From NCBI GenBank assembly GCA_014729135.1, contig WJKK01000001.1, positions 629,407 through 693,406 on the forward strand: DNA of 64,000 nucleotides, in the 5' to 3' direction. Each line of letters opens with the position of its first letter. Positions within the stretch are counted from its first letter, which is position 1. The stretch is from a candidate division WWE3 bacterium (GTDB lineage: Bacteria; Patescibacteriota; WWE3; UBA101185; UBA10185). Under the pieces are notes generated by a model. The model was given only the letters and a program-made list of their open reading frames with translations, was not told where the DNA came from and ran no database searches. The position numbers were made by a program, and so were the translations under genes. Positions 9,007-20,884 of the stretch are shown here, one piece after another.

Positions 9007-10764
9007 ATGAACCCAACCTCAAATCCCTCAGAAGAACAAGGACAGGTAGAAGCACGTCAAGAAGAAGCTCGCGAGAAACTCAAAGTAGTGGAGGGACTTT
9101 ATCCGGATGAAGTATTCCAAAAACACCCGGAACTTTTAAGAAATGAAGTAGTAACTTTAGAGGGTCAATCCGCCATAGCTGTAGACTTTCCCAAATTTTC
9201 AACACTGATGAGCACTCCAGAAACAGCCTCAATAGGCGTGGGATTTTTAAATGAGTTTTATCAAAAAGTAGGAGAAATAAGAGAGCAATACGAGGGAATA
9301 ACACTTATAAAATCCGCGGGAGATGAGCTTTTATTTGTAAGCGAGGAGAACGGACTCGTGGACATTCTGTTTTCCTTAGAGATCCAGGAAGCTTTGGATG
9401 AAATGCTTGTTCAAGAAGAGTACCATGCAGTAAGGGAAGTTTTAAAGGACCCCATAACCGGAGAAGACCCCGAAATACACATAGGAATTGACTCTCCGCT
9501 GTCAGATTCTAATGAAAGGCTAAAGTTAAAGTTAATAGAATTTCAGGATGATGAAGGTAACGTAAGCCGCACAGATTTAATGACCATGTGTAAAGTTTTG
9601 CAATGTAAAAAATTGGCTAAGGAATTTATTGTGGATTCTGATGTGGTGTTTCCTCAAGAGGGGGAGGCTAGGAATGTCGTTGAAACCCTGAGGAGAGTTG
9701 GTTATGAACTAGAGGAATTGACGGAGGATGAGAAAGGGCACTTGGGGGTACAAAACCCGCAAAAAACTTATTTTAATTTAAGAAGACTAACGCAAGAGGA
9801 AAGAGAAGAGCGCCAAGAACAGGGGGTGCAGCATAAGAAAGATCGTCGAATTGAAGAGCTAAAAAGGGCTGTTGAGGAACAGGAACTTAGAGAAAAGCCG
9901 GTGCAAAGAGTAGCCTATGCATACACTCCGGAAGAAGCCGAGAAACTTAGAAAAATGGCACCTGTATATGCAAGAGAAGGAGGAGCTCAGTATCCAACAA
10001 ATTCCGAAACACAACAAGTTGAAGCGGCAGAACGACAAACAAAAGGAGAAGCAGCTTTTCTACGAATTCAAGGTCTTGATGAATTTATACAGGCTTTAGA
10101 TGAGCAGCAGGAAATCCCGCGGGATCTGGCAGAAAAACTGGCTATTAGAGTAGGTGCATATGTTGCAAGAAAAGCTACTCGCCCTATGCTTAATGAAAAG
10201 TGGCATATAAAAGAAACTGAACTTGGAGGGGATCACACAATGAATTTAGTTTTGCTAAATGACGTTTATGAAGCGCATGACTTTACAGATGAACAGTTTG
10301 AGGCTTTGCTAGAGTCGTACGATGAGATAAATTCGGGAAGGTTTAAACAGGATATGTTGGAAGCTTTACGGGAGGATCCGGATTTATTGGGAGAATTAGA
10401 AGAAGCTCAGGTTGATCTTAGCGTGATAGAGGAACTTGTTGAGAGTGCTCAATTTTCTGTTATCTCTGCCTTAACAAGATGTGGGAAGCTCGATGAAGAA
10501 ACTCCTGAGTTAGCGTGGATATTAAACGAAGGTGAAGAGGCAAAGACACATTATGCCGGAACAGAGCTTGTTGGAGGAGAGCCTATTAGTTTGGGGGCTC
10601 GGCTGGCATATAAAAATGCTTGGGGACCGGGAATAAGATTTCAGGCAGCAGAAGCTCGTAGATTAAGTGAGGCTGGTAAATTGGATCTTGCTAAGGGTAA
10701 ATTTCAAGAGGTTACAGTAAAAGGATTTGAAGATCCCATATCGATATTTGTATACCAGCCCTAA
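9007..10764 (+). CDS. highly acidic hypothetical protein
   Basis: 585 aa, E/D-rich, no recognisable motif. Confidence 0.4.
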   Translation: MNPTSNPSEEQGQVEARQEEAREKLKVVEGLYPDEVFQKHPELLRNEVVTLEGQSAIAVDFPKFSTLMSTPETASIGVGFLNEFYQKVGEIREQYEGITLIKSAGDELLFVSEENGLVDILFSLEIQEALDEMLVQEEYHAVREVLKDPITGEDPEIHIGIDSPLSDSNERLKLKLIEFQDDEGNVSRTDLMTMCKVLQCKKLAKEFIVDSDVVFPQEGEARNVVETLRRVGYELEELTEDEKGHLGVQNPQKTYFNLRRLTQEEREERQEQGVQHKKDRRIEELKRAVEEQELREKPVQRVAYAYTPEEAEKLRKMAPVYAREGGAQYPTNSETQQVEAAERQTKGEAAFLRIQGLDEFIQALDEQQEIPRDLAEKLAIRVGAYVARKATRPMLNEKWHIKETELGGDHTMNLVLLNDVYEAHDFTDEQFEALLESYDEINSGRFKQDMLEALREDPDLLGELEEAQVDLSVIEELVESAQFSVISALTRCGKLDEETPELAWILNEGEEAKTHYAGTELVGGEPISLGARLAYKNAWGPGIRFQAAEARRLSEAGKLDLAKGKFQEVTVKGFEDPISIFVYQP

Positions 10765-10835
10765 AAACGAAACTTAAGGCTAAAAATTAGACCTACTGAG
10801 TAAGTAAAATAACGACGTTAAACCAAGGTGTTTAG

Positions 10836-11354
10836 ATGACACAAAAAAGACCTAAAAAAATCACAGTTAACGACAAAATGCAGGTTAACTACACCTACAC
10901 TTTAACCGAGCCTGCCGGAAAAAACTTTAATCCTGAATTTAAACCCGACCTTACACCTAAAGAAATGCTGGAATTGGGCGTGTTTTGCGGAAAATATATG
11001 ACAGATTGTAAGGCGGAGTTTCCAAAAAGTTGGTTTAAAAACGCAAAGCTTTCACCTAAAAAGCGAGATTGTAGTTTGAATTTTTTTGAAGTGGATGCAA
11101 GTCAGCCTTTAAACGTTTGGCAGGATAAGGGTTGGATTTATGAGGAGGATCCCAGGGGATGGTTTCAGTGGTATTGTAGGTACTATAGGGGGCGGCGCCT
11201 ACCGGAGGAGGATTTACGCCAAATTAAGCGGTGGAAGGCAATGAAACGGCATATAGCTCAAGTTGAAAAGAATTGCTCAAAAGGTGATTTAAGTTGTAGA
11301 AGAAGGCAGCGGCAGGCTTTGTTGCACTGGGCGTATGACAGTAGAAATCTATAA
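10836..11354 (+). CDS. hypothetical protein
   Basis: 172-aa ORF with Trp/Arg-rich C-terminal half (GWFQWYCRYYRGRR); family not recognised. Confidence 0.4.
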   Translation: MTQKRPKKITVNDKMQVNYTYTLTEPAGKNFNPEFKPDLTPKEMLELGVFCGKYMTDCKAEFPKSWFKNAKLSPKKRDCSLNFFEVDASQPLNVWQDKGWIYEEDPRGWFQWYCRYYRGRRLPEEDLRQIKRWKAMKRHIAQVEKNCSKGDLSCRRRQRQALLHWAYDSRNL

Positions 11355-11387
11355 TTTAGTAACATAACTGTTTGTTAAAATACCTCC

Positions 11388-12413
11388 ATGGAGCAAAGAG
11401 AAATCCTCAAAACACTAAGACAATTTCAAATAAACCCCTCCCAAATAAAAAGTATTACAGACCTGAAAACACAACAAGGATGGAGTTCCAGGTACCTCTA
11501 CAAAATAGAAATCCAAGAAAACGCCTTACTACTAAAAGGTAAAACCAGAGATCAAATAAAAGGCTACCAAAAAGCCATAAAAACAGCAAAATTCCTCCTA
11601 ACGCATGAAATCCCCGCTAGAAAGTCCCACACCACCTTAAAGGGTACATATCAACACAAAGACTCAAAAGGAATTACATGGCTTCTTAGCACCTACATTC
11701 CCGGAGCAGACTTTAGAGAAATTCAAGCCACAGCCCAAACATACAAAACACTTGCAAAGTACATGCGCCGGTACATTTCGCTTACTTTAGAAAATCCTAA
11801 GATAGTTAACAAACTAGGATTAGCAGAAAAGAGATCCCGGATCGGTGTCCGGAATGACGCTTTGACGGATAACGCATTTGAAACTCTAACAAAAAACGCA
11901 CAAAAACTTAAAGACCATCATAAAATCTTTAGCAACCTCATTCCACAAGAAACAAAAGAATTTGCTAACTTTCTTAAAGCCTTTCAAAAAACATCGCCAA
12001 AATTTCAAAACCTAAAAAAATCTCTAATCCATAACGACATAAGCAATAAAAACATCGTTGTGGATCCTAAAACTAAAAAGGTTAGGGCAATAATTGATTG
12101 GGATCACGCCACATACAACTTTGCTCTAAAGGATTTAACCTATGTAATGTTTTTAATAAGGGAAGCTCCGGAAGAAAAACAGACGGATCTAAAAACGGCT
12201 TTTCTAAAACCCCTCCAAAAAGAGTTAGATCTTAGATATGACCTGCTGGATGAACTTTACATCATTTACAAAACTAATTACGTGTGGGATACGATTATTT
12301 TTCATGCCGATTTAATAGGGATGTTGGGCAACTCTACAAATGAGCTTGAAAAGTTTGAGACTATAATTAAGGAGGAGGCGCAAAAATGGCTAGAAACTTT
12401 TGGCAACAATTAG
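11388..12413 (+). CDS. phosphotransferase family kinase (APH/choline-kinase-like fold)
   Basis: LIHNDISNKNIVVD is a Brenner HxDxxxxN motif, followed by IIDWDHA, a DxD Mg-binding motif. Confidence 0.5.
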   Translation: MEQREILKTLRQFQINPSQIKSITDLKTQQGWSSRYLYKIEIQENALLLKGKTRDQIKGYQKAIKTAKFLLTHEIPARKSHTTLKGTYQHKDSKGITWLLSTYIPGADFREIQATAQTYKTLAKYMRRYISLTLENPKIVNKLGLAEKRSRIGVRNDALTDNAFETLTKNAQKLKDHHKIFSNLIPQETKEFANFLKAFQKTSPKFQNLKKSLIHNDISNKNIVVDPKTKKVRAIIDWDHATYNFALKDLTYVMFLIREAPEEKQTDLKTAFLKPLQKELDLRYDLLDELYIIYKTNYVWDTIIFHADLIGMLGNSTNELEKFETIIKEEAQKWLETFGNN

Positions 12414-13366
12414 ATACTCCTTTCACAGTGTTAGCCCCTATGGAAGACGTAACAGATTTTGTCTTTCGTGAAATTATTGCTCAGACGGCACCTCCCAATG
12501 TATTTTTTACAGAATTTACAAATGTAGCCGGCTTGATGTCAGAGGGAAGGAAAGTTGTAGCTCAAAGATTAAAGTTTTCAGAAAAGCAACGGCCTATTGT
12601 TGCTCAAATTTGGGGGACTGATCCTAAAAACTATTATGAAGGGGCTAAATTAGTTGCTGAAATGGGTTTTGATGGCGTGGATATAAACATGGGATGTCCT
12701 CAGAGAAATGTGGTTAAACAAGGAGCGGGGGCGGGGTTAATTGAGACGCCTAAGTTAGCTGCGGAAATTATTGAGTCTACAAAGGAGGGGGTGTTGGCGG
12801 CGGAAGGCGCTGAAAAAATTCCGGTTAGCGTGAAAACTCGGCTAGGATTTAAAAAAATAATTACAAAAGAATGGGCGGAGTTTTTGTTAAAACAAGATAT
12901 TGCTGCATTAACTATGCATGGAAGAACTCAAGGGCAAATGTCAAAGGTTCCTGCTAATTGGGATGAAATTAAAAAGGTTGTTAAAGCGCGGGACGAGATT
13001 GCTCCGGAAACAGTGATTATAGGAAATGGAGATGTAGCCGATCATAAAGAAGCGGTGAAAAAAGCGAAAAAATACGGAGTTGATGGTGTAATGATAGGTC
13101 GCGGAATCTTTACCAATCCCTGGGCTTTTGAGAAAGCTCCAATTGAGCATACGCCAAAAGAACATTTGGATCTGCTTCTTAAACACACTAAGCTTTTTGT
13201 CGATACTTGGGAAACTAAGAAAAACTTTGCAATTATGAAAAAGTTTTTTAAGGTGTATGTTCGTGGATTTGAAGGTGCTAGTACTTTAAGAGCTGGTTTA
13301 ATGGGATGCGAGAGTCTGGAAGAGGTTGAAACTATAGTAGAAAAGTTTATGAATAAAAATTTCTAG
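12386..13366 (+). CDS. dus: tRNA-dihydrouridine synthase
   Basis: LAPMEDVTDFVFREI and GVDINMGCPQRNV are conserved Dus FMN-binding and catalytic Cys motifs. Confidence 0.8.
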   Translation: MARNFWQQLDTPFTVLAPMEDVTDFVFREIIAQTAPPNVFFTEFTNVAGLMSEGRKVVAQRLKFSEKQRPIVAQIWGTDPKNYYEGAKLVAEMGFDGVDINMGCPQRNVVKQGAGAGLIETPKLAAEIIESTKEGVLAAEGAEKIPVSVKTRLGFKKIITKEWAEFLLKQDIAALTMHGRTQGQMSKVPANWDEIKKVVKARDEIAPETVIIGNGDVADHKEAVKKAKKYGVDGVMIGRGIFTNPWAFEKAPIEHTPKEHLDLLLKHTKLFVDTWETKKNFAIMKKFFKVYVRGFEGASTLRAGLMGCESLEEVETIVEKFMNKNF

Positions 13367-13430
13367 ACAAGCTTTTTAACTTCTAGAAGTAGGCACTTAC
13401 AAAAAGTCCCAATTACTCTATAATAAATCT

Positions 13431-13643
13431 ATGTTTAATGTAATAAGTCTAATAGTTCTAGCACTTTTGGTTTTAATGATAGATGCAGCAGCCATAATGG
13501 ATTTGACAGGAAGCGTGGAACCAAGTTATGTGCTTGAAGTTGGCTTTTTAATTGCAAGTCCTTTTATTTTAGGGATTTTGCTGGTGGTTTACTTGCGCTT
13601 AAGAAAAAAGGAACAAAGCAAAAAACCTCGGGGAAGATTTTAA
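13431..13643 (+). CDS. small membrane protein
   Basis: 70 aa with two hydrophobic helices. Confidence 0.3.
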   Translation: MFNVISLIVLALLVLMIDAAAIMDLTGSVEPSYVLEVGFLIASPFILGILLVVYLRLRKKEQSKKPRGRF

Positions 13644-13698
13644 AGACAGCCCGTGACCAATAGCACAGTTAGAACCGGACGGGCTGCCCTTATTTCCT

Positions 13699-14379
13699 TT
13701 ATGAGTAAGTTATGGTTAGCTGATCTTCAACATCAACAACACCGGCAGTATAACGTGCCGAGTCGTATGCCTCAGACCAGGCGGTGAATGTAGGAACTGT
13801 TCCCGAGAGAGTAACCTCACCATTTTCTACCTCTACAGTAACATTTTCAGCATTAACTGCTGCCTTTCTGTCCATTGAATCCGTAATGTCGGTGGCGATA
13901 TCTTTGTCGATATAACTTTCTGTAGGCACAACAGCCAAAAGGTTCTCTACGCTAAGCACACCAACCACATCGGAAGCGAGCTCTTCAGCTCGAAGCTTCT
14001 TCCAGAACGAATCTACAGTTCCCTCTAGGGTTACGATTCCAGCCTCTACAAAGACTTCTACATCTGTGGAGTCAATAGCCGAATTCCAAAGAAGTACGTT
14101 TTCAATGTTAGACTTAACTTCTTCGTCAGAAGGAATTGTTACAACTGTGGGGTATTTAACAGTTAGGTTATTCTCAACGGAAGTTACACCCCAAACACTC
14201 CAAGCATCTGTTTCAGCTGCCCTTTTTGCAGAAAAGGAGGGGACTGTTCCCGAAAGAGTAACCGCCCCATCACCTGTTACCAAAACGTTTACATCACTTG
14301 AAATAACTTGTGTGTCCCATACCAACTGATCTTTAATGTCGTTTAAAATCTGATCGTTTGTTTTTTTCATTTTATTCAC
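13699..14379 (-). CDS. BON domain protein (OsmY-like), three BON repeats
   Basis: Repeated G.V.L.G.V.S...AAE blocks such as VTLSGTVPSFSAKRAAE. Confidence 0.6.
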   Translation of the reverse strand: MNKMKKTNDQILNDIKDQLVWDTQVISSDVNVLVTGDGAVTLSGTVPSFSAKRAAETDAWSVWGVTSVENNLTVKYPTVVTIPSDEEVKSNIENVLLWNSAIDSTDVEVFVEAGIVTLEGTVDSFWKKLRAEELASDVVGVLSVENLLAVVPTESYIDKDIATDITDSMDRKAAVNAENVTVEVENGEVTLSGTVPTFTAWSEAYDSARYTAGVVDVEDQLTITYS

Positions 14380-14558
14380 CTCCTCTGCTAATAACTTAAT
14401 TACCTTGTATCTTAAAGATAGGATCTTCTTTTAAGGAAGGGGTGAAAGGCGTGTAAGAAATTTATTAAAGGTGCTCTGTAAAAAGAGGAGAGGGGAAGGC
14501 ATTTCCAAATCGGAATAGCAAGTTTAATAGCCGTCATCCTGAACTCGATTCAGGATCA

Positions 14559-15230
14559 CTAGTAACGAATAGAAAGATTATCAACAATATCCTTAACACC
14601 GGCAGTAGACTCCGCTGCACGCTTAGCAGCATTTTTAGCAATCCAAGAAGACACGACACCGTCAAAAACGACCCTCCCATTGTCCACATGCACATCAATC
14701 TGATCAATATCCGCACTTATATCCCTGTCTAAGGTAGCCAAAACATCCAGCGCAATTTGCTCATCAGTACTCCCGCGGGTAGGAACAACCGCCAGTTCAT
14801 CAACAACGTTTTTAACACCGCGAACTTGAGTTGCCAATTCCAGAGCCCTGGATTTTTTCCAGTAGTCACTGACACTCCCCAAAAGGGTTACAACGCCCTC
14901 TCTAACTTCAACATCTATGTTATCCTCTTGAAGAACAGAGCTTAGAAAAAGCGCCTCCCTAACATCTGCTTCCAAATTCTCATCCGCATAACTACTAAAA
15001 GGTTCCACATGAACTACCTCCAGATTATTCTCTACCTCCCTTACACCAAAAACGCGCTTTGTTACCTCTGTTACTGCCTGTTTTGCGCTTAAATAAGGAA
15101 CGGAACCTTCCAAAATCACCTTCCCCCCATCATCTGCAACTTCAACCGAAACATTGCTAGCCTCAACTTGTGTATTTGACTGCAACTGCTGCTCTACTTT
15201 TTTCTTAATTAATTCTTTTGATTCAACCAT
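14559..15230 (-). CDS. BON domain protein (OsmY-like), paralogue of the 13699..14379 gene
   Basis: VILEGSVPYLSAKQAV, VTLLGSVSDYWKKSRALE and VVFDGVVSSWIAKNAAKRAAE repeats. Start trimmed to the ATG at 15230 (the ORF track extends it to 15281). Confidence 0.6.
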   Translation of the reverse strand: MVESKELIKKKVEQQLQSNTQVEASNVSVEVADDGGKVILEGSVPYLSAKQAVTEVTKRVFGVREVENNLEVVHVEPFSSYADENLEADVREALFLSSVLQEDNIDVEVREGVVTLLGSVSDYWKKSRALELATQVRGVKNVVDELAVVPTRGSTDEQIALDVLATLDRDISADIDQIDVHVDNGRVVFDGVVSSWIAKNAAKRAAESTAGVKDIVDNLSIRY

Positions 15231-15333
15231 AAATTTTTTCCCTAGTATCAGAATAACCGAAAATCGTATAAATCCTTTCAAATAATTTTAAGAAAGCTGT
15301 AAGAAATTCTAGAGTCGTCAGCCTAAATAGTGC

Positions 15334-15341
15334 GGTATAAT
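15334..15341 (+). promoter_or_regulatory. candidate -10 box (GGTATAAT) upstream of the response regulator gene
   Basis: ggtataat lies 19-26 nt upstream of the ATG at 15360. Confidence 0.3.
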
Positions 15342-15359
15342 GGTTCTAACTCACTTTTT

Positions 15360-16037
15360 ATGAAAAAAATACTCATTTTGGAAAAAGACAAAGATCACAG
15401 GGAGCATCTGAAAAGAATGCTTGAGAATGAAGGTTATGAAATCATTCAAGCTAAAAAAAGTATGAGCGCTTTTAATAAACTGGATAAACAAAAGGTTGAT
15501 CTAATAATTTCAGATTACTATCTGCCAACTATTCGCGGGGAAAAGTTTTATGAAGAGATTAGCACAGTCTTTGAAAACACCCCTATTATTTTCCTAAGCA
15601 ACAGGGCAGATTCAAAAACCATAGCAAAAATCCTTCAGCATCCTAATGCAGATTATATGGTAAAGCCGGTAGTAATGGAGGAGTTGATAGCTCGAATTAA
15701 AGCCTTTATTGATGCAGACTTGAAGGATAATCCCTCTTTAAAAACGGGGGGCTTGATTTTAAACACAAAAAACTATCGGGTTTTACGTAATGACAGAGAA
15801 ATAGACCTATCGCCAACAGAATTTAAATTATTGAAATACCTAATGCAAAACAAAGGAGTGGTATTAACCCGACGGATGATTTTAAATAAGGTTTGGGGAT
15901 ACTCTTATGATGTGTCTTCAAGAATTGTTGATGTTTACATCGGGTATCTTAGGGAAAAAATTGATAAGGGAGAAAAGCAGAAATTGATAGAAACGATTCC
16001 GGGTTTTGGCTATAAAATTTTTAATTCAAAGGATTAG
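15360..16037 (+). CDS. OmpR/PhoB-type response regulator (receiver plus winged-helix), orphan
   Basis: Receiver segment ...DLIISDYYLP... and C-terminal LSPTEFKLLKYLMQNKGVVLTRRMILNKVWG...VDVYIGYLREKI. No histidine kinase is adjacent. Confidence 0.7.
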   Translation: MKKILILEKDKDHREHLKRMLENEGYEIIQAKKSMSAFNKLDKQKVDLIISDYYLPTIRGEKFYEEISTVFENTPIIFLSNRADSKTIAKILQHPNADYMVKPVVMEELIARIKAFIDADLKDNPSLKTGGLILNTKNYRVLRNDREIDLSPTEFKLLKYLMQNKGVVLTRRMILNKVWGYSYDVSSRIVDVYIGYLREKIDKGEKQKLIETIPGFGYKIFNSKD

Positions 16038-18161
<2,124 letters not shown>

Positions 18162-18175
18162 ACTAGTAATAAAGC

Positions 18176-19366
18176 CTAGAAACGTAAGATTGCGCCCAAA
18201 TCATCCTTGAGATTAAGCTCGGTGGACATAGCATCCGTCAACGGCACAATCTCTCCACCTGATAAAAGCGTCTTAACGACAAGAAAGTTCACTAAATCCC
18301 GGTTAGTAAAACCTCTCTCTTCTTCTACTATTGCGCCTCTGTTTTCAACGGAATAGTTGCCCCAAATTGTACGGGACGGATTCACAAACAGCACACTTAT
18401 TTTCTCCTCAAAAGCTGCGGGAGCCACCTTTTCCAGCCCTTCCACAACTTGTTCGGATGCCTTATGCTCCTTATAAGAATCTACAAAGTCCATCCGCTTT
18501 TCATCTATGCGATCTTTAACGATCTTCCAGGCTTCTTTAAGAATGTCCTCTGCAGCAGCTTCCTCCGGATTACCTTCAACATAGTCATCGGCTAAATTCG
18601 GATACTTGCCGAAATCTGAAAACTTGTTGTAAAGCTCTGTATCTGCAGCCAAAATCACTAGAGGCCTCTTATCATCTTCGATATCTGTGACAAAATGGTT
18701 CAGAGCCCAATCTACCTCATCCAGAAAAACCTTCTGCTGTTCATCAATAGCAGACTCCTGACTACCGTGTCCGTGTGCTCTTTGTGTCGGCTTTTCTCCC
18801 GGACGCGCTCCTCCCGCGGGATGTCTCTGAAGCTGGCTCTGAATATCATGAGTCCTTAGGGTTTCTTCTATATCTTCGGGCATTACGGTAGGCTCTTTTT
18901 TCTCCCAGTTGCGATTAACGCCTCTGTAAAGGGTAATGTGAGAATAACTAAGCGCTAAAACGTAATAAGTGGAGGATCCAAAGACGTAGGGGACTAGGGG
19001 CTTAACATTGGGAATGTCACTCACATAAAATTGTGCATCTACATTTTTGGGGAACTTGATCATTTCAGTGTAAGTTTCTGATCTAAAGATTGCTAAGCCG
19101 TCTTTTTGCTCCTGCCAAAAGGTAGTGTTTTGTTGTATTTTTTTGAGGGGTTTTAGCAAGTCATTTATTTTTGAAGCCGGCAGCGTCGACTTTTTAAGGA
19201 GTTTTTCTATTTCGTCGGTTTTATTTTTGAGGTGAATTTGTGCCTTTTCGTTGTTTTGCCAAACCGGACTCGTCGGAATGTAAAGAGAAATAACAGGAGG
19301 TTTGACCTGCCGCTGTAAAAGATTTTTAAGACGTTTTCTGGGATTCTGCTGTTTGGTAATTTTCAT
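18176..19366 (-). CDS. hypothetical protein (possible eRF1/Pelota-like fold)
   Basis: 396 aa. Central Gly/His-rich loop HPAGGARPGEKPTQRAHGHGSQE between two mixed alpha/beta regions; family not securely recognised. Confidence 0.4.
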   Translation of the reverse strand: MKITKQQNPRKRLKNLLQRQVKPPVISLYIPTSPVWQNNEKAQIHLKNKTDEIEKLLKKSTLPASKINDLLKPLKKIQQNTTFWQEQKDGLAIFRSETYTEMIKFPKNVDAQFYVSDIPNVKPLVPYVFGSSTYYVLALSYSHITLYRGVNRNWEKKEPTVMPEDIEETLRTHDIQSQLQRHPAGGARPGEKPTQRAHGHGSQESAIDEQQKVFLDEVDWALNHFVTDIEDDKRPLVILAADTELYNKFSDFGKYPNLADDYVEGNPEEAAAEDILKEAWKIVKDRIDEKRMDFVDSYKEHKASEQVVEGLEKVAPAAFEEKISVLFVNPSRTIWGNYSVENRGAIVEEERGFTNRDLVNFLVVKTLLSGGEIVPLTDAMSTELNLKDDLGAILRF

Positions 19367-19437
19367 AAATTCTTATGTTTATGGTTGCAAAGAGTTTTTA
19401 GAACTTCTTTAAATTGTTGTATGTTTTTTGTAAGAGA

Positions 19438-19465
19438 GGGGACAGTCCTCTTAGAGGACTGTCCC
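19438..19465. promoter_or_regulatory. perfect 13-bp-arm palindrome GGGACAGTCCTCT-TA-AGAGGACTGTCCC abutting a TATAAT box upstream of xseA
   Basis: Inverted repeat read directly from the sequence; TATAAT lies at 19467-19472 and the xseA ATG at 19479. Confidence 0.5.
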
Positions 19466-19478
19466 TTATAATAAATCC

Positions 19479-20816
19479 ATGGAAGATCACAGCGAAAAAA
19501 TCTTAACGGTTGGAGAATACCTTGAAGTTCTCAACGAATACATCAAACCTGTCAACTTCAGCATAATTGGGGAAGTTAGCTCCGTAACCGACAGAAGCGG
19601 AGGAGCTGTATTTTTCTCAGTCTCCGATGAGGAAGAACAGGCAGTATTAAACTGCGTCATCTGGAGAAATGTTTACAGAGGGCTTGGATTTAAACTCGAA
19701 GAAGGCATGAAAATCAAAATGACAGGTCATCCCAACATCTACAAACCCCGCGGAAGCCTCTCCTATGTTGCACGATCCATAATTCCAACGGGGGAAGGCG
19801 CCCTGTTAAAAGCCTTTGAAAAACTAAAAGAAACCTTAAAAAAAGAAGGATTCTTTGCACCTGAAAGAAAACAAAGACTCCCTAACTACATCACAAAAAT
19901 CGGCTTAATAACAGCAAAACAAAGCGACGCCATAAAAGACTTTGAAACCCACTTAGGCAACTTTGGTGCACAAGTTTATGTCCATGATGTTAGGGTAGAA
20001 GGCTTCTCAGCAGTAGAAAACATTGTAAAAGCCATTAAAGCCTTTAATGAAAGCAGCCTAGCTCGCGAAATAGATGTTTTAGTTTTAACCAGAGGGGGAG
20101 GAAGCTTGGAAAGCCTGCAAGCATTTAACTCAGAAGCAGTTGCTAGAGCAATATACTCCTCGAAAATACCCGTACTATCAGCAATAGGACATGAACGAGA
20201 TGTTACAATTTCCGATCTAGTGGCGGATGTTAGAGGCTCTACTCCAACAGATGCCGGCGAAATTTTATCTAAAGATTGGCGAGAAGCAGAAAGTAAAATC
20301 CAAACTACGCAAGAAAAAATATTTTCAAGATTCAAAAGACAACTTATAACCGATGCTGATTACGTGGCCCACCAAAAGGAGCGCATTATTGATAAATTCG
20401 AAAGACTAATCCAAAACCGGCAAAGTTACGTGAGAAGACTTTCTACAAATCTTTTTATAAATTTTAGAGGAGTTTTTCATAGATTTGGCAAGCTAAGTCA
20501 AAAATTTCAAATGAACTCGATGAGATTTGAAGCTCTTTTAAAGAAGCAAAGATCTACTGTTCAAAGATCCAGGGATTCCTTAATTAGAGGGTATGCTCAA
20601 ATATATAAAATAGCTAAAACCCGGTTAAAACAAGCAGAAAGATTGCTAGAATCAAATGATCCTCAAAAAAAATTGGAGCAAGGCTATTCTATTATGCGAA
20701 ATGAAGAGGGAAAAGTGATTAAGGCTGTTAAAAGCATTACTAAGGGTGATATACTTGTTTCAGAACTAACCGATGGTAAAGTTAAATCTCAGGTGGAGGA
20801 AATTTCGGCATCTTAA
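19479..20816 (+). CDS. xseA: exodeoxyribonuclease VII large subunit
   Basis: N-terminal OB fold, then the catalytic core VLVLTRGGGSLESLQAFNSEAVARAIYSSKIPVLSAIGHERDVTISDLVAD. Confidence 0.8.
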   Translation: MEDHSEKILTVGEYLEVLNEYIKPVNFSIIGEVSSVTDRSGGAVFFSVSDEEEQAVLNCVIWRNVYRGLGFKLEEGMKIKMTGHPNIYKPRGSLSYVARSIIPTGEGALLKAFEKLKETLKKEGFFAPERKQRLPNYITKIGLITAKQSDAIKDFETHLGNFGAQVYVHDVRVEGFSAVENIVKAIKAFNESSLAREIDVLVLTRGGGSLESLQAFNSEAVARAIYSSKIPVLSAIGHERDVTISDLVADVRGSTPTDAGEILSKDWREAESKIQTTQEKIFSRFKRQLITDADYVAHQKERIIDKFERLIQNRQSYVRRLSTNLFINFRGVFHRFGKLSQKFQMNSMRFEALLKKQRSTVQRSRDSLIRGYAQIYKIAKTRLKQAERLLESNDPQKKLEQGYSIMRNEEGKVIKAVKSITKGDILVSELTDGKVKSQVEEISAS

Positions 20817-20884
20817 GAAGGTGCAACGAATAAGACAAAAAGGATGAAAGATTTAGTTAATAAAAGTTAAAAAGAAAGGGAAAA

